Below are positions 56,991 through 64,000 of a stretch of DNA of 64,000 nt, piece after piece. Every line of letters starts with the position of its first letter. Within the stretch, counting starts at the first letter, position 1. The notes below the pieces were generated by a model. The model searched no databases. It had not been told where the DNA came from and worked only from the letters and a program-made list of their open reading frames with translations. The position numbers and the translations under genes were made by a program. The DNA comes from Candidatus Peregrinibacteria bacterium (GTDB lineage: Bacteria; Patescibacteriota; Gracilibacteria; UBA1369): the NCBI GenBank assembly GCA_020429235.1, contig JAGQLQ010000013.1, positions 8,050-72,049 on the forward strand. Reading direction: 5' to 3'.

Positions 56991-58144
56991 ACGTAAAGAC
57001 CAAAATTTTTTCAGCCATCCTCCTAGTCACTTTTATTGTAGCACTTGTATACGATGCGCAAATTGTCCAGTTTGTCGAAAGTCAGAGAAACGAGACCCTT
57101 AACCGCATCATGTATCTGCTCACAGATCTGGGGCTCTTTTTTATTCTGAGTGGACTAGCCACCTATCTCATTTACAAACGTCGTTACACCGAACTCTTGC
57201 TCATGGCGGCAGCAGCGCTACTCTCACTGGAAACAGCATACATCCTCAAAAAACTTTTTCAGGTCCCCAGACCGGACAACATTGCCGTGGAACAATTAAC
57301 GCACGCAACAGGGTGGGCATTCCCAAGTATTCATGCGGCAATCGTTTTGTCGCTTGCCCCTTTTATGAAAAGAACATTGGAGTCAAAACCCATAAGAGGC
57401 ACAATACTGGCACTCCTCATTCTTATAGCTGTCAGCCGCATGTATCTGGGTGTCCACTACCTCAGCGATATTATTTTTGGAGGATTTTTAGGATATATCC
57501 TGGCTCTAACACTCATTTATCTGGAGCAGCGATACCAAATAGCTGAGCGTTTCATTTATCACTTACAAAGTAAGCGCGAAGTTCGCCGCCAATCAGCCCA
57601 CCTGACCACGGGACTTCTGATTATTCTACTCGTAAAACTCAATGTCCTTAACACAGTAATACTGGGTGCCATTTTGGCGGTAGGCGGGATTCTTTCTCTT
57701 ATATCCCGCTACACAAAAATTCCCATCATCTATCAAATTCTCCGCACTTTTGAACGCCCAAAACAGATGAAAACTTTCCCAGGGAAGGGATCATTCTTTC
57801 TTGTTATGGGATCCTTTTTAGCATTAATCCTTTTTCCCGAACCTGTTGCCCTGGCATCTATTGCCATCATGGCTATTGGAGACTCCCTCACCACCCTTAT
57901 TGGTGTTTACTTCGGACATATAAAAAGCCCAACCAACAATCTAAAACATTTAGAAGGTACAGCTTTGGCTATCATTGCCGGAACGATCGCTGCTTTTAAC
58001 TTTGTCTCTTTTGAAAAAGCCTTTATTGGAACATTTGTCGCTATGCTTTTTGAGGCCCTTACAATCCGCCACATCGACAGAGTTATCGATGATAATCTCC
58101 TCATTCCGATTGTTGCCGGACTCACCATGACCCTCATCCTCTAG
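56987..58144 (+). CDS. PAP2 lipid phosphatase fused to a polyprenol/dolichol-kinase-like (CTP-transferase family) membrane domain
   Basis: PAP2 motifs KKLFQVPRP, PSIHAA and SRMYLGVHYLSD in the first half, followed by ~190 aa with 6 further TM helices. Confidence 0.6.
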   Translation: MNVKTKIFSAILLVTFIVALVYDAQIVQFVESQRNETLNRIMYLLTDLGLFFILSGLATYLIYKRRYTELLLMAAAALLSLETAYILKKLFQVPRPDNIAVEQLTHATGWAFPSIHAAIVLSLAPFMKRTLESKPIRGTILALLILIAVSRMYLGVHYLSDIIFGGFLGYILALTLIYLEQRYQIAERFIYHLQSKREVRRQSAHLTTGLLIILLVKLNVLNTVILGAILAVGGILSLISRYTKIPIIYQILRTFERPKQMKTFPGKGSFFLVMGSFLALILFPEPVALASIAIMAIGDSLTTLIGVYFGHIKSPTNNLKHLEGTALAIIAGTIAAFNFVSFEKAFIGTFVAMLFEALTIRHIDRVIDDNLLIPIVAGLTMTLIL

Positions 58145-58203
58145 ATAATTGACGGAATATTATAAAATGATATTATGGCTAGCCTGTCAATAAATAAGAA
58201 AGT

Positions 58204-58833
58204 ATGAAAATTACTTCACTGCCAAAAATAGTAGCAGGTATAGATCTCAATGATCGCGAAATGCGAGGAGCTCTCCAGGGAATGAAAGAAGCCATCCCTA
58301 ATGATAGCCAACTTACATTTGCCATTTTAGAACAAGAAGGTGAAATTCAATTTCCAGTATACAAAAATGGCCTTCAAGGAGCATCAAAACATATTGCCAT
58401 CATTCGAGACAGACTCTTGAAAGCACTAAAAGGAACGCAGGGAATAGGGGAAATCACCTATATCTATAATCCCTGCAATAGTATCACCATGCAGGAAGAT
58501 ATTCAGTTGCGGGAAGATGGAGAAATTCAGGTCACAAATTGGCACATTGATAGCCACGGTGACTTTTTCTTCTGCAGTTTTGGCGATATAGCTTCAATCG
58601 AAATGCTTGAAGGAACACTAGAGCTCAAAGCAACGAAACTCGATTCGGAAGACGAAACCTTTGCCCGGGAGCTCCTGGAAAAAGCAACAGCTGCCGAAAA
58701 AGACAGATCAATGAAAATGATAGCTATACCTGACGGCAATATTTGCTACATAGACCGGGTAAACATTCACCGCCGCGGCTTATGTAGAAAAGAAGGAGCA
58801 CGCCACACTTTTCTCATAGATAAGTTAGTATAG
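58204..58833 (+). CDS. Hypothetical protein (209 aa); weak HxD...H cupin/2OG-oxygenase-like pattern
   Basis: WHIDSHGD and a later VNIHRR. This gene is lower in G+C than its neighbours. Confidence 0.45.
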   Translation: MKITSLPKIVAGIDLNDREMRGALQGMKEAIPNDSQLTFAILEQEGEIQFPVYKNGLQGASKHIAIIRDRLLKALKGTQGIGEITYIYNPCNSITMQEDIQLREDGEIQVTNWHIDSHGDFFFCSFGDIASIEMLEGTLELKATKLDSEDETFARELLEKATAAEKDRSMKMIAIPDGNICYIDRVNIHRRGLCRKEGARHTFLIDKLV

Positions 58834-58841
58834 AAAAGGTT

Positions 58842-60644
58842 CTACTCCCATTCAATGGTTCCCGGTGGTTTATTCGTCACATCATAAAAAACACCAGTTA
58901 TACCTTCAACCTTCATTAATCGTTCAGTCAGCTCAGAAACAAGATCCATATTCATCTTATAAAAACTGGCAGTCATAGCCTCAGTACTTTGTACAGGCCG
59001 TAAAACAATCGCCTCTCCAAACTCCCGGTTAATACTCAACGGAATCAGAACCGTTGGGAATTGCCAGATATCCTGCAACAAGCCTTTTTCAACAATAAAA
59101 TCGTTCACGACAGCATCGGCTTCCTGCAAAAGTTCCACACGTTCACGAGTCATAAACACTTTCTGAACATTCATCTCTTCAATTTTCGATGGATAACACA
59201 TCCACAAAACACGATTCAGCTCGTCGTTCCGGTTAATCACATCGGTTGCAATTGCGTCCATTTCATCAAAACTCACGTCACCATGAATAACCAGCGGGTT
59301 CCGGTACGTCCGGAAATCCCCCTGCACACCAACCGATTGAATCGGCAAAATATATGCCTGCAAACCTTTTTCTTTCAACTCTTCATTAATCTTATTTTCC
59401 AAAAGAGTGTGGTTATGAGGATACTTCTCCTCCTGTGCACACAAACATCGAACGCCCAGCCCGGGACCGGGAAAAGGATGTCTCCACACCAAAGATTTGG
59501 ACAATCCAAGCTTTTCCCCAACCGCACGCACCTCATCTTTATACAATTGCGCTAAAGGTTCTATAAGTTTGCCTTGTTTCAACAACTCCTCAATCCGGGC
59601 CACCCGGTTATGGTGAGTTTTAATCACTGCAGCATGACGGGTCCCTCCACTTTCAATAGTATCCGGATAAATGGTCCCCTGGCCCAAAAGCCAGTCATCA
59701 GGATTCAGTCCCAACTCTTCAGAAACATTTGCCTGAACCTTTAAAAAGAGATCCCCAATAATCTTTCGTTTGGCTTCTGGATCATAAATACCATTCAAAG
59801 CCTGAAAATACATTTCACTGGCATCGGCAACATGCAAATTTTCAAATCCGGCCCCTTTCAAACTCTCTTCAACCTGTTGCCGTTCATTTTTTCTAAGCAA
59901 ACCAGTATCGACAAACAGACCATAAACACGATCCGACCCGAGAGCTTTATCTAAAAGAACAAAGGCAACCGTAGAGTCCACGCCTCCACTCACAAGCATA
60001 AAAACCTTCTTATCTTGAACCTTCTTCTTCACCACCTCAATCTCCTCTTCAATAAATTTTTCAATACTCCATTCACGTTTCACCTGGCATAGATCCAAAA
60101 AGTTTTCGAGCATCTTCATACCATGCTCGGTATGAGTCACCTCCAAATGAAACTGTGTTCCATAAAAATTCTTTTCAAAATTGGCCAACGCTGCCCACTC
60201 CCCAGATCTGGTAGAACCAATCACCTCATATCCAGGAGGAAGTTCCATCACGCTGTCTCCATGACTCATCCACACTTGTTCTTTTGAATCCAATCCGGCA
60301 AAAAGACCTTCAGCCTTTTTCACTTCCACTTCCGCCAAGCCATACTCACGTGAATCCGGTTCGTGCTTCACCTCGGCCCCCTGCATATGAGCCAGAAGCT
60401 GATGCCCATAACAGATACCCAAAATCGGCACGCCTAAATTCAAAATCGCATCATCTGCCTTTGGAGAGTTCGCATCGTAAACACTCTCCGGACCCCCGGA
60501 AAAAATGATGCCTTTGTAATCTTTCAAATCCTCAGCTTTGGTTTCCGGATCCAGAATTTCCGAATACACATTCAGTCGCCGCACCCGATTCGCAATCAAG
60601 TGGGCATATTGTCCGCCAAAATCCAGTACAGCAATTTTATCCAT
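58842..60644 (-). CDS. guaA: GMP synthase (glutamine-hydrolysing), long 600 aa form
   Basis: GATase domain (GICYGHQLL), SGGVDSTV PP-loop and C-terminal ...KPPGTIEWE. There is extra sequence in the C-terminal domain. Confidence 0.9.
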   Translation of the reverse strand: MDKIAVLDFGGQYAHLIANRVRRLNVYSEILDPETKAEDLKDYKGIIFSGGPESVYDANSPKADDAILNLGVPILGICYGHQLLAHMQGAEVKHEPDSREYGLAEVEVKKAEGLFAGLDSKEQVWMSHGDSVMELPPGYEVIGSTRSGEWAALANFEKNFYGTQFHLEVTHTEHGMKMLENFLDLCQVKREWSIEKFIEEEIEVVKKKVQDKKVFMLVSGGVDSTVAFVLLDKALGSDRVYGLFVDTGLLRKNERQQVEESLKGAGFENLHVADASEMYFQALNGIYDPEAKRKIIGDLFLKVQANVSEELGLNPDDWLLGQGTIYPDTIESGGTRHAAVIKTHHNRVARIEELLKQGKLIEPLAQLYKDEVRAVGEKLGLSKSLVWRHPFPGPGLGVRCLCAQEEKYPHNHTLLENKINEELKEKGLQAYILPIQSVGVQGDFRTYRNPLVIHGDVSFDEMDAIATDVINRNDELNRVLWMCYPSKIEEMNVQKVFMTRERVELLQEADAVVNDFIVEKGLLQDIWQFPTVLIPLSINREFGEAIVLRPVQSTEAMTASFYKMNMDLVSELTERLMKVEGITGVFYDVTNKPPGTIEWE

Positions 60645-60656
60645 GGAACTCTTGTA

Positions 60657-62390
60657 TCACAAATCCAAAATTCGCTCCAGCTCATCCGCATATCCACCTT
60701 CCGGTTTTGATTGGATAAAGTGAACATTTCGCGCCTCTAAATCACGGAACTCTGCCAGAAGCGGAATGAGTTCATCTTTTAAACTACTCAACTCAGCCGA
60801 CAATGTTTGCTCATCCAGCAGTCGGGCATACTCAAGATAATATTCAAACGTGTTTTTCGGATACACCTGAAGAAGCATTTTATAACCAGCCACAGCATCA
60901 TCAAACCGCCCTTCCTCAACGGCGACTCGTGCCAGTTCAGCCAGTGCATGGTGATCAAATTCATCATAGTCTAATTGTTGCTGCGCCACCTCTTTTCGTA
61001 GTTCATAATCATCTGATTCTTGCAGGCTGTTGATTTTTCCAACCAGTTCCCATTGTGGAAGAATCGGTCCATAGATCGGATTTGCATAGTATACGGCAGT
61101 ACCAATAATGGCAGCTGTAAAAACAAAGATCATAATATTGACGCGAGCCTTTTCCAGGCGCCCAATCATTGTAAGGGCGAGCCACCATAACATCGTGATT
61201 GAAAAAAAGTTCAGATTAAAATCGACCATACTATGAGCCATCAACCCAAAGATCCCGGCCCACACAAAACGGTCCAAAGAGTCCGTATCTTTTTTAAAAG
61301 GATTATTCTGCCAAAACAGCATTCCCAGGAAAATCACAAAAAAGATAGCAGCAGGCAATCCCCGTTCAACGGCATACTTTAAAAGAACATTATGAGGATG
61401 ATCCGAAAGCGCCAAGAATCCATGCTGTACCTGTGGATAAACGGATTTAAAACTTACAGGCCCAAATCCAAAGAGCGGGTCTTTGGCAATAAGTGAAAAC
61501 GACCCAGTAAAAAACTCCACTCGTTCACTGATGGATGTTCCTCCTGCCTCCTCAGAAAAGGTCAGGCGATCTGTAACATTCGTAGAGTGATGAGCCGACG
61601 ACTTTATACTCTGAAGAGTCCACGCACCTCCAATCAAGAAAACAAGAGCCAGCACAATTGGCAGAATAGCCCTCTTTTTAGGACGAATATCTTTCCAGAA
61701 AAATATCAGCAGAGCCAGAAGCTCGGCCCCAAAAGCAATATAGCCGGCTCGTGAAAAGCTCATCCACATACCAACAAGGAGAAATCCAATCACAACACCC
61801 TTAAGCCAATCCCATTTTTTAATACGAAACAAGGCAGCCAGTGCCAGAGGGAATGCCAATAAAAAGTAGGAGGCAAACGCATTCGGCCATGCATCAGCTT
61901 TAATAGCAGGATTATAAAAGAGACCAAAAAAACGAAGGTGATCGGTTTGCAAAAAGGCGTACGTTCCCACAATCAGATGGATTCCCAGTGCAACAAGGGC
62001 AAACCAGGGAGCATATTTCCGGATCATCTCGCGATACTCCGACATCGAGAACATCAAAAAAGTTGTGGCACCAATCCACAATACAAAAATTTCAGTAAAC
62101 CCAAACGTACGGACTTCTCCAAGCACCCAGGCCAGAGTTGACCAAAGTACAAACCCTGCCAGCGCCCATGGGGTTTTCACCTGACCATCTTTCCAGCCGG
62201 CAAACACGAACAACACAACTCCCAACAGCAAGAAGCACGCCACTGCATAAAAAGGAGAAAAACTCTGAATGATATCAAACTTATTTGTCCCCGGTACCGC
62301 GTGAAAAGCTATCGGAAGCGCCAAAAATCCCCAGACATATACTGTCCGAATAACATGCAGTATCCGTGACCGCTTCAAGGTTTTACCCAT
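60657..62390 (-). CDS. O-antigen ligase/polymerase-like (Wzy_C) membrane protein with C-terminal TPR-like domain
   Basis: About 12 TM helices with the SFSRAGYIAFG loop, then a soluble helical-repeat tail. Confidence 0.6.
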   Translation of the reverse strand: MGKTLKRSRILHVIRTVYVWGFLALPIAFHAVPGTNKFDIIQSFSPFYAVACFLLLGVVLFVFAGWKDGQVKTPWALAGFVLWSTLAWVLGEVRTFGFTEIFVLWIGATTFLMFSMSEYREMIRKYAPWFALVALGIHLIVGTYAFLQTDHLRFFGLFYNPAIKADAWPNAFASYFLLAFPLALAALFRIKKWDWLKGVVIGFLLVGMWMSFSRAGYIAFGAELLALLIFFWKDIRPKKRAILPIVLALVFLIGGAWTLQSIKSSAHHSTNVTDRLTFSEEAGGTSISERVEFFTGSFSLIAKDPLFGFGPVSFKSVYPQVQHGFLALSDHPHNVLLKYAVERGLPAAIFFVIFLGMLFWQNNPFKKDTDSLDRFVWAGIFGLMAHSMVDFNLNFFSITMLWWLALTMIGRLEKARVNIMIFVFTAAIIGTAVYYANPIYGPILPQWELVGKINSLQESDDYELRKEVAQQQLDYDEFDHHALAELARVAVEEGRFDDAVAGYKMLLQVYPKNTFEYYLEYARLLDEQTLSAELSSLKDELIPLLAEFRDLEARNVHFIQSKPEGGYADELERILDL

Positions 62391-63914
62391 TTATTCAGGT
62401 TTCATAAGAGGGAACAGCACTGTGTCCTTCAAATTATCTTGGTTGGTCAAAAGTGCTACAAATCTGTCGACGCCCAATCCCCAACCAGACATTGGCGGCA
62501 TTCCATGTTCCATCGCCTTCAAATAATCTTCATCCATTGGCATCGCCTCCTCGTCACCGCTGGCCTTTGCAGCAGCCTGGCGTTCAAGCCGCTCGCGTTG
62601 ATCCGCCGGATCAACCAGCTCGCTGTACGCATTCACAACCTCCCACGTATTCACCAAAAGCTGGAAGGTATCAGCCAGCCGCTCATCATCATCACTGCGT
62701 CGCGCTAACGGTTTTGTATCCACCGGATGCCGAATCACGAAACATGGTTGAATCAACTTTGGCCGGGACACCTTCTTATAAAGAGCGTCACAAAGATTTC
62801 CGTAACCCATTGTATCCATCTTTTCAATCTGAATTCCTGCCTTTTTAATGGCCGCTCGCAATCCATCGGCATCACCGTAAAAATCCAACACCTGAATCCC
62901 ACAATCTTTCTCAATAATTTCTGTAAAATGCAGTCGCGGCCACGGCGGCGTAAAGTCAATCAACTCCTTATTTCCATCACGATCCATCAGTTCCACCTTC
63001 AAATCCCCGGCAACCTCCTGAATAACCTGTGACAAAAACTGCTCGGTAAACGTCATGTTATCCTCAAAATTCCAGTACGAACCGTAATATTCCAGCATGG
63101 TAAACTCCTGCAAATGAGAAGGATCGATTCCTTCATTGCGGAAACATTTCGCAAACTCATACACGCGATCAAACCCACCAACAATGGCTCGCTTCAGGTA
63201 TGTCTCCGGCGCAATCCGCAAAAACATATCAATATCCAAAGCATTGTGATGCGTCTCAAACGGCTTCGCCGCCGCCCCGCTCGCCACAGAAGTCAAAATC
63301 GGCGTTTCCACTTCCACAAAATTATGACTATCCAGATAGTTACGCATCGCAGTAATAAGCCGAGTACGGAACATAAAACGTTCCCGGGTCTCCTCATTCG
63401 TCAACAAATCCAAATATCGCTGCCGATACATCGCCTCCCGATCTTTCAATCCATGAAACTTCTCTGGCAAAGGCCGAAGCGTCTTTCCCAAAAGCTGAAA
63501 CTCTTTTACCAAAACAGTCAGCTCACCGTGACGGGTCACAAAAAATTCACCGGTCGCACCCAAAAAATCGGCAACATCAATCTTTTTCAACATCTTATAA
63601 ACATCCTCACCAACCACATCCTTCATAAAGCAAATTTGCAACTGTCCGGTATGATCCTGTAATCGGGCAAAAGTCAGCTTCCCATGAGATCGCACCAACA
63701 TTAATCGCCCACAAACACGCACATCTTCCCGCGGAGACTTACCAATAATCTCCAATTCCCGAACCTCACCATCTTCACCAAGAGCTTTCGCCTCAGCCAA
63801 AGTATGGGTTCTTTCAAAACGGTCCGGATATGGCTGCACACCAGTTTCCCGCAGGTCCCCAACCTTTTTCTTACGATCTTCAAACTCATTACTGATTTGC
63901 TGCTGATCTGTCAT
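62391..63914 (-). CDS. lysS: Lysine--tRNA ligase, class II
   Basis: OB-fold N-domain and class II motifs (FRNEGID..., GLGVDRFVALL). I placed the start at MTDQQQ. Confidence 0.9.
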   Translation of the reverse strand: MTDQQQISNEFEDRKKKVGDLRETGVQPYPDRFERTHTLAEAKALGEDGEVRELEIIGKSPREDVRVCGRLMLVRSHGKLTFARLQDHTGQLQICFMKDVVGEDVYKMLKKIDVADFLGATGEFFVTRHGELTVLVKEFQLLGKTLRPLPEKFHGLKDREAMYRQRYLDLLTNEETRERFMFRTRLITAMRNYLDSHNFVEVETPILTSVASGAAAKPFETHHNALDIDMFLRIAPETYLKRAIVGGFDRVYEFAKCFRNEGIDPSHLQEFTMLEYYGSYWNFEDNMTFTEQFLSQVIQEVAGDLKVELMDRDGNKELIDFTPPWPRLHFTEIIEKDCGIQVLDFYGDADGLRAAIKKAGIQIEKMDTMGYGNLCDALYKKVSRPKLIQPCFVIRHPVDTKPLARRSDDDERLADTFQLLVNTWEVVNAYSELVDPADQRERLERQAAAKASGDEEAMPMDEDYLKAMEHGMPPMSGWGLGVDRFVALLTNQDNLKDTVLFPLMKPE

Positions 63915-64000
63915 AAATCTTTGAATAATAAGAACAAAGCTCTGCAAGTGTAGCACAAAATCCACCTCCGTGAAGCCAAAGCTTGCTACGAAAGTCCATC

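Noticed and set aside
1-64000. A search for known mobile or defence hallmarks: reverse transcriptase (YxDD), integrase/transposase, Cas proteins, restriction-modification, and toxin-antitoxin pairs.
   Set aside because: None of the translated ORFs shows these motifs. The only mobile-element-flavoured genes are ImmA, an XRE regulator and a holin-family membrane protein, and they are not clustered.

Overview
This 64 kb chromosomal window comes from a small-genome, Gram-positive-like uncultured bacterium. The gene content resembles Candidate Phyla Radiation/Patescibacteria, but that is an inference and not a database result. The code is the standard bacterial one: ORFs are long and a full-length RF2 is present.

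Recognisable genes:
- Cell envelope and division: ftsA-ftsZ, murD, murI, two murB genes, mltG, FemAB-type transferase, MurJ/Wzx-type flippase, two DUF881 genes, PAP2 phosphatase, O-antigen-ligase-like protein.
- Translation and RNA: rpsP, KH protein, def, prfB, RNase J, ybeY, lysS, and tRNA-Asp, -Tyr, -Thr and -Pro.
- Metabolism: class I aldolase, guaA, C26 amidotransferase.
- Copper module: csoR, an HMA-TauE-cupredoxin protein and copA, with a C5-TA-G6 palindromic operator.

About a third of the coding capacity is large orphan proteins with no family I can name. These include a self-promoted 120/776/856 aa operon, a 484/119 aa pair, a kinase-like 595 aa protein with a divergent 515 aa partner, and a 1143 aa protein with two FHA-like segments.

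Most notable sequence-level observations:
1. A roughly 75-95 nt structured element occurs twice. Its stems differ by compensatory changes around an invariant 18-nt loop, and each copy sits at the edge of a compositionally foreign cassette.
2. A dense array of TGTCGACA palindromes, plus a perfect 14-bp inverted repeat, spans the promoter and 5' half of a membrane-anchored HTH gene.
3. An AT-rich insert carries Bacteroidota-style mltG and murB genes, making murB redundant.
4. A GC-rich single-gene island lies next to tRNA genes.

Coordinates that I counted by hand (RNAs, hairpins, motifs, adjusted starts) may be off by 1-2 nt.
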